Assembly (NCBI RefSeq): GCF_006345805.1
Contig: NC_043017.1
Coordinates: 16,802,001-16,866,000, forward strand
DNA length: 64,000 nucleotides
Direction: 5' to 3'
From: Octopus sinensis
Lineage: Eukaryota
Positions 12,706 to 25,984 of this stretch are shown in pieces. Below the pieces are notes generated by a model. The model was given only the letters and a program-made list of their open reading frames with translations, made no database searches and was not told where the DNA came from. How positions within the stretch are numbered: position 1 is the stretch's first letter; each line of letters starts with the position of its first letter. Made by a program: the position numbers and the translations under genes.

Positions 12706-14572
12706 TTACTACTACAAGCTGCCTTGGACTACTATGATATGTAATAAAGTGACAACCAAAACTGCTATTGATTCATACAAGAGTAAGGGAAACAGAAATA
12801 GCAGCTTATTACACATACATACATGGATAGATTAGAGGTGTATATAGTTTGCAGATCCTGCAAATATACCTGCATAGATCTATATTCTGAGTACACAGAA
12901 TTCTCTCTCCCACCCTCTGTGTGTGTGAATGTGTGTGTGTGTGTGTGTGTAAAGAGGAAGATTTATGTAAGTTACAGTGATCAATGACTAATTCACTAAA
13001 GCCCATACATGAAGGAACACAGACATGTAAAATAGAATTTGTAAGTTGGGAATGATTGATACGTAATTTGTATTCCCAGGTACTCACGGTTCTAGGCAAT
13101 TAAGCATTCAGACAAAAGATACCCGCTTAACAGAATATTAAAGAGATAATAATATCAAACAGGTAAAATGACAAGGCAAAAAAAAAGAATATAAAAAATA
13201 AAAAAGCTCCCATTTATTTAAAAATTATAGCGATTTACTTTAAATCAGATGGAAACAAAAGTTGATTGTGGAGGACATTCGGTAGTTACACAGTCAAAGA
13301 GGAAGTGATGGGGAGGTGGGGAACCATAGCAACAGCTATAAAGCTTCACTTTGCTGCATTGGCATTCTGTTATCATTACCGGCATTCCATCACCATTTTG
13401 CCAATATCACTACCAAATCATCATCCTCGTCATCATTATCACTCGGAATAACAACATTATCAACATTATTATTAGCATTTATATAATTGCAACAGATTGC
13501 AAATGAATGAGGATAACCGTGTGTGGTACACCTCTGACAATCAAATGATTTATTGTTTACTGCATTATTAAGACAAGAAATCTCATTAAGTAAAATAGAG
13601 ACCCTTCAACACGAAAAACAGACGCGAGAAGGTAAAATTCTTGTGATAGAGAGAGATTAGTTATTTAATAGTGAAGTAGATGGATGACAGAGTATAGAAG
13701 CAGCTTATGAGCAATCACACAGAATCAGCATTTCTGTTACACAACACATGCATCCACATAAATTAATGCAAGTTGAATAGTTTTTCTAAATACAAGTCGA
13801 AAGCAGAAGCAATTTTTCTTGTGAAATGAGATAATAATTCTGTGTGCGTATATATGTATGTGTGTGTGTGTATGTGTATAGATATATGAATGCACACACA
13901 TAGATATGCATTAAGGTGTTCACACCTATATAAGCTATAAAATTGAGAGAGAGAGAAACAAGACAACAAATGCAAAACAAAGTAAAAAAAAAATTGGAAT
14001 AGTAGTTTAAAAACCTACTTCTCATAGCAGATTTCCAAGACGTCAAGAAGGAGAAACATTTTAGATAACCGCTTTTCTTAGGTTCCATAGTGTTGCACTT
14101 TTTAAAGCTGCAGACCAACTACCTGATGGCAGCAGAACAAAAAGAGAAACAAAAAAGTTGGGTACTGCCCAGCCCGCTGCAGACTACAGCATATCTTAGA
14201 GCATGATGTAATAGTCACATGACCAGGAAGTTCACTTTCACTTTCACTCTTGTCATGTTCTACACTTTCTTTCTTCTTCAAGTACATTCATAAACAGTAG
14301 CAAAATTTGGGCTCTGAAGAATACTTTTCTTAGACAAATGCAACAGAAACACTACCTGTTTCCAAGGCAAATATACAGTTGCTATTACCAACAGATTTTT
14401 ACTAATACAATACAGTTACCAACTAATAGGTGTAACAAACACACACATACACACACACATTTTTTAAGCATGTCTATCAAAAGGACTGAAATAAATATTA
14501 AGAAAGCTTTAACTGTGATAGTAAATTATAAAGAATGTAAACAAATCCCTTCTATGTCTTCTGTCCCTGCTC

Positions 14573-14634
<62 letters not shown>

Positions 14635-15494
14635 CGGAAACATTACAGTATCGGACAACTAGCCATGAGATCACCAGTTTGTGTCCTTTGACAAATACTG
14701 CATTTTGTCAACGTGTCAAACATTACCTTCCTACAGAACCCGCATCAAGTTTTAAGTGAATACTAAAGTTAGTATAATTTACTTCTATAAAAAACAGTAG
14801 CACTGTGGAATTAAGCAAGTGAATTCTTGCTTTGCAGTACAATTCCTCCAGACTAAAAAGTTATCTGCATCAGACAAAGGTGAAATTTGTCTTTCATTCG
14901 CTTAATGCTACAAAAACCGAAGAGAGAATGTGTGTGTATGTGTGTTGATGCAATTTATGAATATATAATAGATATGCATATATTATGTCTATATATTAAA
15001 CACTTTAACTTTTAAAAAAAATCATTTTCTTTTTGTTGCAGTAACAAAATCCACCCCACCATCATTTTCTTAAATTTGCTGTACTTGGTAAGTTGGGGTG
15101 GCTGGTACTTTTACAATGGTCAGTCAGGACCAAGTTTCTTTATCTAAAATTGTCCTTTTCTTTTATAAAACATACACCAACAATAATTCTTTTACAAATA
15201 AATGGCAAATAAACAACAATAAATTTAAATACAATCGAAAGATCCTGTTTGATTATAGCTATTAAACTATATGTAAAATTACATTTTCAGTCAAATTTCT
15301 GCATTATGCCACTGGTCAAAGTTTCTAAGTAGAAAAAAGATAAGGTTTGTAGCTGTGACTAAACATTGCAGGTTGAGTGTGAAAATGTACAAATGGAAGA
15401 TATGAACCCTGCTCTAAGCCACAGTGAAGGCAACCCATCTACAACAACAACAACTCTACCCAAAGACAATGTAAAGAAGACATTTAAGTGTTGA
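12453..15494 (+). other. Weak candidate spliced plus-strand unit (exons 12453-12481, 15042-15087, 15372-15494)
   Basis: The first two exons have strong pyrimidine/CAG acceptors and GTAAGT donors. The phases (0-2, 2-0, 0-stop) join to YVNTDTDNRINKIHPTIIFLNLLYLVECENVQMEDMNPALSHSEGNPSTTTTTLPKDNVKKTFKC*. No recognisable domain. Confidence 0.25.
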
Positions 15495-16145
15495 CAGACA
15501 ACTCAACTAGTGCTGGTGGCATGATAAAATAAACCCAGTTCATACAGTAAAGTTTACTGGCGATAGACAAAGGGGTCCAGCCTGTAAAACAGCCCAAAAT
15601 ATGAAGTCCTGTGACACTTTCTCCCGCGACTACCTGGTGTATTCAGTTACCAGACCAAGTTCCACTGCGCGTCAGGCTGAGAAAAGCAAACTGTCAAAGC
15701 ATCAGTCGCTCTCAGATAGGTCTATGGTCAAGCCTGTGGCAATGGAGATGACCAGTGTTCTCAACCCCAGACCATATCCCTGCTCACCATTATCAGGGCA
15801 GAGATGGATATCCACAAGTGTGTGAGTCCTGTGAGTCAGAGTAGCTGTTCCAGCGCATCTCCCTTGCCATCTTTTCCAGTTTGTCTGCTGGGACCACGAG
15901 TCAATCTGAATTACAGGAAAGACTATGTTCCACTCCTTAATGTAAAGTTACTCCACATGAATTGCTCTCGCAAGAAATAATTATGTGACATGTCTCTCTG
16001 ACTAAGGAAGATTCGTATCTGTAGAGACAAGTGTAAAAGACATAACTAAGGACTAAGCGCTTATAACCACATAGAACTAGCACTTACCATACTGTTGGTG
16101 CATAGAGTAGCAAGGTGGGAATATCTGGCTATGTGCAAGAACTAT

Positions 16146-16373
16146 TTAACCCTTTTGTTACCATATTTCTGTTGAGATGCTCTGTGTTTCTTTCAATTAA
16201 TTTTAAATATAACAAGGAATTTAGTAAAATAACTTAGTTACCATTCAGCTAGTGTTAGGAACATAAATTGTGGCTAAGGTTTGGTGGAAGATTTTAATTC
16301 AAAACTTATGAAAACAAGACATTTATACTACAGTCGGAGGCGGTTTCAGGCGGGTTGGTAACGAAAGGGTTAA
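16146..16373. mobile_element. piggyBac-type MITE (family 1)
   Basis: TTAA|CCCTTTTGTTACC ... GGTAACGAAAGGG|TTAA. TTAA target duplication and CCC/GGG termini. Confidence 0.85.
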
Positions 16374-16399
16374 GTGTCATCAAGTGACTATACACTCCC

Positions 16400-18120
16400 A
16401 CTCGGGTGCAGAGAACAGGACTCAAGCGGCCCCAACCCAACCATCACTAAAAATTTGGGGTTGCAACCATTAATGAAAGATCAGATGAGATTATAGAGAC
16501 GCTAGAGTGGTGGTGAATAAATGTAGGCTAAATGCAAGAGACAAGATGGAAAGGTGTTTCAGCCGAGGAACACAGGTAATAATGCTGGTTCAAATAGAAC
16601 AGGAAGATTCCTAATGGTGGAGAAAAAGACAGATAATGTAACTGAAGCATCCAGAATATGCAACAGAATGATTGTCTCTACTTATGCACCACAATCAGGC
16701 CTGATGAGTCAAAATACTGTTTTAGTGTAATCCTAGTACAAATCACTTTGATAAAGAATGACAGCAACATTGCGACTGAGGTTGGTGACGTCATTGGATA
16801 TATTGCACAGTACCATGATGGCTGCTTTCGAGTACATGGTGGCAATGATTATGGTCATGAGACTGAGGAAGGGTTCAAGGCTTCTAGAGTCGTGAGAACA
16901 AATGAACTAACCATCCGTAACATGAACTTCACCGGTGAAGAATAATATCACTCATCATAGACTTGTAATTAGTGACTTCAGAGTAAGAGTTAAACGGACT
17001 AAGGGACAAAAGTAATTTTGAACAAGGCAAGTGTGGGAACCAGAAAGTTCTTCTGCTACATGTACATGGAGAACTATTCCAGATGATGTGTATGATGAAA
17101 AGAAGAAATTTGTAACACAGACTACAACTGGGAGTTTTTAGATCACAACCTACAGATGAAGAAAGGTGGGTAGCAAAGAGCAAAGATGGGCAACAAATGT
17201 ATACAGCTTCAAGAGAAGCAGAAATTCAGAGGTTTGCCAATGTTCTATGATGAGAAAATCAGAGGTGTACAAATACTGTGTGGAAAAGTGTGACTGACAT
17301 GATAATAGTACACCCACCCTCACTAACCATGAGAAGAAAAAGGCTTGGAAATGGTATTATGAGAGACTGCTAAATGCAGAAGATGTGTGGGAGGAAAAGG
17401 AAGAACTACTGAAAGTATACTGAACAGAAGAACCAACGGTCAAAATAGCCATTAACCCTTTCGTTACCAACCCGGCTGAAACCGGCTCTGGTTCTGAGTA
17501 CAAATGTCTTGTTTTCATAAGTTTTGAATTCAAATCTTCCACCAAACCTTAGTCACAATTTATGTTCCTAACACTAGCTGAATGATAACTAAGTTATTTT
17601 ACTAAATTCTTTGTTATATTTAAAATTAATTGAAAGAAACGCAGAACATCTCAAAATAAGTACAGTAAGGAAAGGGTTAAGGAAATGAAAATGGGGGATT
17701 CAGAAGGGTCATCAAGTACAGTTACTGAAATACTGAAAACATCTGGTAATGTAGGGTTCAAGATAGTTGCTTGCAGGCAAATACAAGATGTCGTAACCAA
17801 TGACTGGTGTAACGGTATAATCGTAAAATGCTACAAGGGTGAAGGAGATGCTTTGGAAAGTCGCAACTACAGAAAGCATCAACTTGATAGATGAAATTAT
17901 GAAAGTAAAGGAAAGAGTATTAGCACAAGGGATTAGGAAGATAATCAGCTTAGACGAGAAGCCAGGCTAGAGTAATACTGATGCTCTCTTCATATTAAGA
18001 CAACCACAGCAGGTTTTCTCTCTCTCTCTCTCTCTCTTTTTATAGCAAAGAGTAAGCCTCTCTACTTCATATTTGTTGATCAGAAGGCCTGAGATAAGGA
18101 TACCTGATCTGTTATTTGAT
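16400..18120 (+). mobile_element. Degraded RTE LINE (APE endonuclease to RT N-terminus)
   Basis: Fragments SLLMHHNQA / GDVIGYI...YHDGCFRVHGGNDYG and NDWCNGIIVKCYKGEGDALESRNYR, with frameshifts and stops. Confidence 0.75.
17452..17680. mobile_element. piggyBac-type MITE (family 1), inverted copy inserted in an RTE remnant
   Basis: Reverse complement of 16146-16373, with TTAA at both ends. Confidence 0.85.
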
Positions 18121-18248
18121 GATCTTTAAAGAAAATAGGTATAGGTCAAGGGCTCCCAAACGTACAGGTGAGCTGAAAGATTAACTGGGTACAAAAGGAA
18201 TCGGTAGTAGTCACACTAGAGTGAAGACTGCATTGGTATGGACAGGAA

Positions 18249-18478
18249 GGCGGCGAGCAGGCAGAAACGTTAGCATGCCAGGCGAAATGCGTAGCTGTAT
18301 TTTGTCTGCCGCTACGTTCTGAGTTCAAATTCTGCCGAGGTCGACTTTGCCGTTCATCCTTTCGGGGTCAATTAAATAAGTACCAGTTACGCACTGGGGT
18401 CGATGTAATCAACTTAATACCTATGTCTGTCCTTGTTTGTCCCCTCTATGTTTAGCCCCTTGTGGGTAATAAAGAAAT
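18249..18478 (+). mobile_element. SINE family B with target-site duplication
   Basis: Flanked by the direct repeat GGTATGGACAGG. Other family B copies: 10363-10520(-), 26968-27198(-), 30825-30985(-), 31255-31480(-), 47575-49070 (several, -), 51250-51478(+), 62518-62705(-, TSD TCCTACATTATT). Confidence 0.9.
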
Positions 18479-18869
18479 AGGTATGGACAGGTAATGCATA
18501 TGGATGATAACAGGTGAGTAAAGAAGCATCCGTAAACCCAGATGAAAAGAACAGGTTGTGGCTGTTACAGCAGTGTTATGGCTGTGTGTTGTGAAGTTTG
18601 ATTTACAACCATATACAGGTGGCTTTTATTATAGCATCAGGCCAATCAATGCCTTGTGAGAAAATTTGGTAAACTGAAAAACTGAAAGGAGCGCAGTGTG
18701 TGTGTCACTGTCTCTCTCTCTCCTTTCTCTTTGTGCTCCCAGTCCCGTCAGTAACAGTGAATGTATCATAGCTCCCTAACAAGATCTTAGGTCGGTTATA
18801 ACTTTGATCCTGAACACAGATAAGACCCGCCTCTAACAGCCCTGTTAGAAGTGATCACAAGACCTGGGA

Positions 18870-20240
18870 TGCAACAGGCAAGATGAACAACAATGGTCTT
18901 CACGGCTTTGAACTCATGAATTTTAACTCGTCATTTGCAACACTGCTTTTTCATCAGAAGGATATCCAAAAGGTTACATGGAAACATCCAAGGTCCAAAC
19001 ATGAGCATATTCTCCATTACATTATCGCCAAGAAACAAGACCTTCTGGGTGTCTAGTTTGTCAGTCATGTGAGGTGCATAGTGCAGGACAGATATGGCGT
19101 AAATTGAAACTCTGCGTGATGTGTAAATAAGATCTGCGGGAATAAAAGTTCCTAAATGTATTGATGTGTTGAAATTAAAGGATTTCAATGTGTGTGTGAG
19201 AATCTTTGAAATATTACTGAGAAAGTAGAATTTTACAGAACTTGGCACCAGTTTAACACCAAGGTCTACAGTGTCAGATTTGAGGTTCCTGGTCTCAGGA
19301 ATAGAAAGCATGGGGACTGGTTTAAAATTACCTGCAGATTACTAAACTTTTCAAGGATAAAAACATGTTACACTAAAAATATCTCATTGCATCAGATAAA
19401 AATAACAAAATTCTTACTGCATCTCTCAGGGGAGTAAAATCAGCAAAAAATGCAACAGATGAAAAACCAATGTTGGTCTGACATTTCCAAATAAATTCAG
19501 AAAGGTCACAATAATAAAAACTTGAAAACATTATATTACTTAATCAAGCAAATCTTCAGTCCTCAATCTTAATCTGTAGTCCCACTCAAGTCTAAGGATG
19601 GTCCCTTTCTTTATAAGGATCATGAGGTTATCATGAAATGTTGGACTGAGCACTTCACAAATCTATTTTATAATCCCTCAGTTGTTGATAAAAATATCAT
19701 AAACAATTTGCCTCAAAAAAATTTTTTAAATTAAAAAAAAAAAAAACAATTAAAGAAATCAATACTGGGAAGGCACCAGATCTTGACAATATTCCCACTG
19801 GAATCCTCTGCCATGGGAGTGACAGGATTGCTGCAGACATCCAACATCTAGTCAGGTACTCCTGTCCCTCACGGCCAGGTTGATGCCATTTTAATTTCAC
19901 TGCTCAAAGGAGGGCAATCCAAATCCAGGTGTGAAAATTACAGAAGAATACACCTGCTTGATGCAATTGGTGAGGCTTTTGTAAAACTTTTATTTAATTG
20001 CCTAACAAAGTAGATATGTCCCTCCATTATTCTGGAAAGTCACTGCAGTTTTAGATCAGGTCAAGGTACAATGGAAGTAATTTTTTCTGCTCATCAACCC
20101 CAGAAGAAATGCATCGAACATTGCATAGCTCTTTACTGGGTCTCTGTCAATTTAACAAAAGCCTTCTACACTATTTATACTTGGTAAACTTGGATGTCCT
20201 CAATTTGTCAAATTGTTTTAGGATTCCATTGTGATCTGAA
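18870..20240 (+). mobile_element. Degraded RTE-BovB-like LINE (APE and RT)
   Basis: Plus translation KVTWKHPRSKHEHILHYIIAKKQD and CENYRRIHLLDAIGEAFVKL...FRSGQGTMEVIFSA. Confidence 0.75.
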
Positions 20241-20344
20241 AGCTCATTTTTACAAAGGGCTTGATAAAGGAAATAGGAGAGCAGAATTTAGGAGATTCAT
20301 ATTTATCCTTATCAGAAAGAAAGAAAAGGTGTGAGTCCAGTTAG

Positions 20345-20633
20345 GCATTAACTAAAACTCACTGGGGGCGTTCCGTGTCTCCAAGGATTTGGAGATACGT
20401 ATTTAGGAGGTTCTCAATGATATCCCAGACAACGTCCTTCAGAAGGTTATTCATTCCATCCCTGACCATCTGCGGAAACTGGTTGACACCAACACTGCTT
20501 ACATTCAAATATAAAGATTTACTCACATTTTCCCATGTAATAGAGAACATGTATCATTTGTTTCACTAAATTTGTAAAAGGGATACAGATTTTACTACCA
20601 ATTTTTAATGCTTACTTACTTTTCACCCACCCT
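20345..20633 (+). mobile_element. 3' end of a Tc1/mariner element
   Basis: C-terminal-like IHSIPDHLRKLVDTNTAYIQI* followed by TIR-like CTTACTTTTCACCCACCCT. Confidence 0.5.
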
Positions 20634-20659
20634 CTGTGTGTGTGTGTGTGTGTGTGTGT

Positions 20660-21478
20660 ACAGGGTGCAATGTATAAATTGTTTCCATTTTATATTTTTA
20701 ATTTCACGCATGCACACTGTTTTTGATTTTGTTGACTACTTAGTAGTAGCGCATCGTCTGTGAGGAAAACAGCACCATGATGCAATTCACTCTGACAGAA
20801 ATTTGGAAACGACACACTGTACTGCTTGACATTCATGCTGAAAGCTCCAATACAAACATTTGAGAGAGTTTGGGTGTCAATCTGAGGAGAGTGCAGAGGA
20901 TTCACAAAGATTTGGATGAGTCTAATGGTGATTGCGAAGGTAAGGCAGCTTGGAAAACTCACTTTTATTCATATGATAAAAAAAGAACTCCTGAATTTGT
21001 TGGTGAGATCCAGGCCATGATTGACAATGATCCCTCCTCCAAGCCAATCAGGTTCATCACCAGGGACATGGGGGTGTCTGAGTTTCTTATCAAGCAGGCA
21101 GAGCATGAAGACATTCGGTATGCCTCATACAAAGTGAGAAAGGGCCAATTTTTATCCCAAGCCATCAAGGACAAGGGGTAAGACTGTGCTACGAAGCTTT
21201 TGAACAAACCGAAGCACCCCTTCCAACTAAACATGCTTTGGTTTTTCACTGACAAGAAAAATTTCTGCCAGGATCAGATGATGAACACACAGAACAACCA
21301 TGTCTCCAAAACATGTACCAAGAGTGATAAAAATCAAACAGCCAGTCAACAACATGGATGTTGGAGTGATCACTAATGATGGTGATGTTATGCCTCCATT
21401 CATCTTCCCACATGGCCTCAAACTCAACATGGAAGCCTACATCAAGTGCCTCAAGAAGGAAGTGCTGCCCTGTCAGAG
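20660..21478 (+). mobile_element. Tc1/mariner transposase pseudogene (maT/DD37D-like), 3'-truncated
   Basis: TIR CAGGGTGC..., HTH region MIDNDPSSKPIRFITRDMGVSEFLIK, WFFTDK (first catalytic D) and VGVITNDGDVMPPFIF. A homologous copy is at 29100-29840. Confidence 0.8.
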
Positions 21479-21840
21479 GTCCTACATCATTCACAGACTT
21501 TTGAAGACACAATGGGGAAGTCTGCATGACCTATAGAGAAGCTTGCGCCAAACATGGACCACTGGAGGACGATGCTCACTGGGACCAGACCCTGGAGGAA
21601 GCAGCACTAAGTCAACTGCGCCAGGTATTTTCTATCATGTGGATGACATGTGGCTTGCATGACTTCACAAGCTTTGGGCAATCCACAAAAGCAGCATGGC
21701 AGAGGACATCTAGAAGGGATTCAAAGTCAAACCTCAGTGGAAATTGCCACATTGAGTAACGCCATTCATAATGAGGCATTACTTGACCTGGACACCCAAG
21801 TGCAAGCGATTGGAGGTCAAGGCAATTCCACATTTGGTTA
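21478..21840 (+). mobile_element. Helitron Rep/helicase fragment
   Basis: RGPTSFTDF...TYREACAKHGPLEDDAHWDQTLEEAA..QLRQVFSIM and NEALLDL match the Helitron RepHel inter-domain motif. Confidence 0.8.
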
Positions 21841-22244
21841 TTACATAACTGACTTCACAATTTGGGTATTCATAACTTATCGGGAATTCCTAAAAACAAA
21901 ATCCTGTGTAAGACAGTTCAGTATTCTCTGTAAATGCACAAAAACCATTTTAAGGGCTACATGCTTTGTACTGTTGTTATTGGATTAGTGAAACAATTAT
22001 GAGAACCGAACCAAAAGGATAAACCCCGCTTTTCCAGGAATTACAGGGTATGTCAGCTAGTATATATATATATATGAAACATCCACTTTTGCATGTTCAC
22101 AAGTAACGTGATATTTCACCATGTTCAAACATGATCACATGGAAGATTGAAAACAAATCACACCTCTTGCATGACCAGTGCCTGGTGTCACGGTACTGAG
22201 AGAATAAAATGCATGCATACACATATACATGTATATATCTATTT

Positions 22245-22828
22245 TTGTTTCAGTCATTTTTCTGTGGCCATGCTAGAGCACCCCCCTTGAAAAGTCTTAG
22301 TCAAACAAATCGACCCCAGGACTCCTTTTTATCTTAAGCCTAGTACTTATTCTATTGCTAAGTTACGGGGACACAAAACATAGAAATACCACTTGTCAAG
22401 TGGTATCTGGGGAACAAACACAGACAAAATGACACACACACACACACACTACCAGCATGCTCTAGTTAAGTTTATGAGTGAAACACGTCAATTATGTAAT
22501 AATAAACCAAGTTATATCACTCGAAAAGATGCCTCTGCACTGCGGAGAACACTGGAATTCATTGTATAGTTTCCCATCCACAAAGGATGCGTTGTAACAA
22601 TCATTGTGATAAATAAAGCTTCCACTATATTCTATCTCCCATATCACTTGTTTCTACTATACATACATGTATGACAGGCTTCTTTCAGTTTCCGTCAAGG
22701 CTTTGGTCAGCCCAAGGCTATAGTAGGAAACTTGCCCAAGGTGCCACACAGTGGGACTGAACCTGGAAACATGTGGTTGGGAAGCAATCATTTTACCACA
22801 CAGCCATGCCTGTACCTATATATATATG

Positions 22829-22865
<37 letters not shown>

Positions 22866-22877
22866 ATAAATCTCTGA

Positions 22878-22909
<32 letters not shown>

Positions 22910-22911
22910 GT

Positions 22912-22947
<36 letters not shown>

Positions 22948-23350
22948 ATACAAACACAGAAACGTGTGTCATATTTTACCTATTTCAGTTACTAGACTGT
23001 GGCCATGCTGGGGCACCACCTCGAAGAATTTTAGTCAAATGAACCAACCCCAGTGCTTATTTCTTCAGCTTGGTACTTATTCAAGTGGTCTCTTTGTAAT
23101 GAACCGCTTAGTTAAAGAAACAAACAAACCAGCACCGGCTATCAAGTGGTTGCAGCGCACAAACACACAGACAGAAATACAAACACACACATACAAACAT
23201 ACGATCGGCTTCTTTCAGTTTCCGTCTACCAAATTCACTCACAAGGCTTTGGTCAGTCTGGGGTTATAGTAGAAGACACAAAACACGTCACACAGTGGGA
23301 CTGAACCCACAACCATGTGGTAGAGAAGCAAACTTCTTACCATACAGCCA
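22245..23350 (-). mobile_element. Cluster of diverged SINE family A fragments
   Basis: Reverse-complement head/core/tail segments at 22245-22440, 22670-22810 and 22980-23350. Confidence 0.8.
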
Positions 23351-23638
23351 TATACACATGCACACATACACTCTCATATATACACATACATACATACATA
23401 CATATATATATATATATACACACGTCCAGACCACCAGCCCTCTTTCACACGCACATACATACTCTCTTATACACACACGCACCTTTGTGTTGAGGGCTCC
23501 TTCGTGTTGGAGGTCATCTTGACCTTGTTATCTCCCCTACTTTCCCCCTCCCGTCTGACCATTTTGTCCGAGTCAGACGCCATGATAGATCGTTAGCCAC
23601 TACACACATTTTTTTCTCTCCTTGTTTATTCTGTGTGC

Positions 23639-23674
23639 CTTTCTGTAGAAGAGCGTAGGCTCGAAACGTAAAAG
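23639..23674 (+). ncRNA. Degenerate hammerhead-like motif of the same architecture
   Basis: CTTT-CTGTAGA-A-GAGC gtag GCTC-GAAAC-GTA-AAAG. The core A6 is substituted, so it is probably inactive. Confidence 0.45.
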
Positions 23675-23879
23675 ACTTTTTCTATTCCTGAGCATTATAC
23701 TAACACATCTGTTTGTTTTATACACCACCTGTCTCCGTCTTTTGTTTAATTTCGTAAACTTTCCCTTTTTATACATATATATATAAAGTTAATCCAAACA
23801 AGAAAGCACAAAAAAAACACAACAATGCGAGGACGTGGAACAAATATAGTATTATTGTTACGCTCAGGAAAGAAGGAGG

Positions 23880-23914
23880 GTTTAACGTTTCGAGCGGAGC
23901 TCTTCGTCGGAAAC
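23880..23914 (-). ncRNA. Minimal type I hammerhead ribozyme-like motif (Penelope-type)
   Basis: Minus strand reads GTTT-CCGACGA-A-GAGC tcc GCTC-GAAAC-GTT-AAAC. This gives stem I GTTT/AAAC, a CUGANGA-like core, a 4-bp stem II, GAAA, and a palindromic stem III (AACGTT). Confidence 0.55.
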
Positions 23915-24479
23915 ACAGGAGAAGGAAAGGTCCAGAGAAGGGAAGACAGAGGAAAAAAAAAAATCGCCAACGGTACACACGCGGTCACATTTTGAAACAC
24001 ACACACACGTGCATACAAATACATACATGTCTGTGGAAATGTGTTATCCTTCACCTGGTAAAAGGAAGAAGGGTTAGTTTCAGAAAGGGCAAGCATGGAA
24101 AAATGAAAGTAAAAAGGAAAAGAAAGAACACACACACATCATTTCTAAATGCAGTGTGAAAATAAGTTTAATATTTAATTTCATATATATTTTAAGAGTG
24201 TGTGAATGTGTGTGTGTGTGAAATTGATATAATTCACAATAAAATTTTTGCTTCGTTTTCATTAAAACACCCAATTACTTCAGAGCAAAATGTCTCCTTA
24301 CAGTTCCCCTGCAAACAGCATCTCGGACAGTCACTCCCTCCCAATCCGTTTGGTGTTTTAATTTTCCTCATTTCAAACACAAAAGACACAGAACAACCTA
24401 AGGAGAGACAGCCTTCAATACTTCTTTCCATATCTTCCTTGGTCTCTTGCTTCCACAAGTTCCTTCCACTTTAAGTGAT

Positions 24480-25920
24480 CAGCACTTCTTTATCTAACAG
24501 ACCTTGTCCATATGCATCATTTGACCAAATCAGCACAGTCTTACCTCTTGTATTACTGCATCTATTTCTTCTTTGCCTAACTTTTCTCTCAATACACGAG
24601 TGCTCAGTTGCACATGTACATTCACACTGCACATCCAACAAAATATACTAGCTTCATTCCTCTTCAGTTTTTGCATGTCTTCTGCATTCAAGGCCCATGT
24701 CTCACTACCATGTAACATTGCAGTTCATACACAGGCATCATAGAGAGACCTTCGGTTGTCAAGAGAGGTTAAAGCTCTGAACTTTCTCCATCCTATTCTT
24801 AAGGCAACTACATTTTTGGTACTTCCTCCTCCACTACTAATTAGGTTACCTAGGTAGCAGAAATCACCTACCTACTAAGACCTTGGTCTTTGCTAAGTTA
24901 ACCTTAAAACCCTTTGATTCCAGGTTTTGTCTCTACACCTGGAATTTCTTTTCTGGTTCTGTTTCGGATTCTACTCTGAGGGCAAACAGTAGTTCCGGTC
25001 TTAAATTCCTTTGTTGTGGCCTGGAGGACTATGATGAATAGGAGGGGGCTGAGGAGCAAGCCTTGGTGAACACCTACCTACCTGTATACTAAATTTGTCA
25101 CTGTACCCATGGTTAACTCTTACCTTACTAACAGCACCCCTGTACATAACCTGTACAGCTTTCACAAGCCACTCATCTACCCCTGACTTCCTCTGAGACC
25201 ACCATATCACACAGTGGGTACTCTGTCAAAGGCTTTCTCCAAGTCAACAAATGTTCAGTACAATTTATTCTTAGCTACATACTTCTCTTGCAGTGACCTA
25301 TGAAAACAGCATCAGTAGTGCTTCTCCCCAAGACAAAGCCAAACCGCATTTCATCTCGTCTGATTCTGTTCCTAAATAATTGGGTTATAACTTTCTCCAT
25401 AACCTTCATTAACTGGTCCAGCAATTTGATGCCTCTATAATTCTGTCCAAGGCCTCTCCCTTATTCTCATAGCAGCTGACTATGATGCTGTTACACCAGT
25501 CATTAGGGATAACACTTTCCTAAATAACCTAATTAACTATACAGTTGACTAGACCAAACCCAACTCTACCAGATATTTTAAGTGTCTCAACAGGGATTCC
25601 TGATGGATCAGGAACTTTCCCTGTCTTCATATCGGATACCGCTTACGCCCAATTTCTCTCTCAAGATGCTTACACTCTGTCAAAGATGCACACTGACATT
25701 GCACATCCAGCGAAGCATACTGGCTTCATTTCTTTCAAGCATATGCATGTCCTCAGCTGTCACAGCCCATGTTTCACTGCCATGTAGCATAGCTGTTCAC
25801 ACACAGGCATCAAACAATCTGCCTTTCACTCTGAGAGAGAGAGGCCCTTTATTGCCAGCAGAGGTAAGAGCTCTCTGAACTTTGCCCAGCCTATTCTTAT
25901 TCTCACAGCTATGCTCCCAC
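24480..25920 (-). mobile_element. Degraded RTE LINE RT domain and C-terminus
   Basis: GVDEWLVKAVQVMYRGAVSKVRVN, MLHGSETWAL and IRIGWAKFRELLPLL motifs. Confidence 0.85.
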
Positions 25921-25984
25921 AGCTGCTGACTTGCTCACCTAGATATATATATACAAACCTAACAGTATACATATAATTATGTGC

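Noticed and set aside
12589-12745. Frame ending in poly-Leu resembling a GPI signal
   Set aside because: The poly-Leu is a (CTA)n microsatellite, and the frame is incompatible with the adjacent candidate exon.
14020-14090. MEPKKSGYLKC..., superficially like a PH-domain start (minus strand)
   Set aside because: Poor donor, no compatible downstream exon, and the similarity is too short to support.
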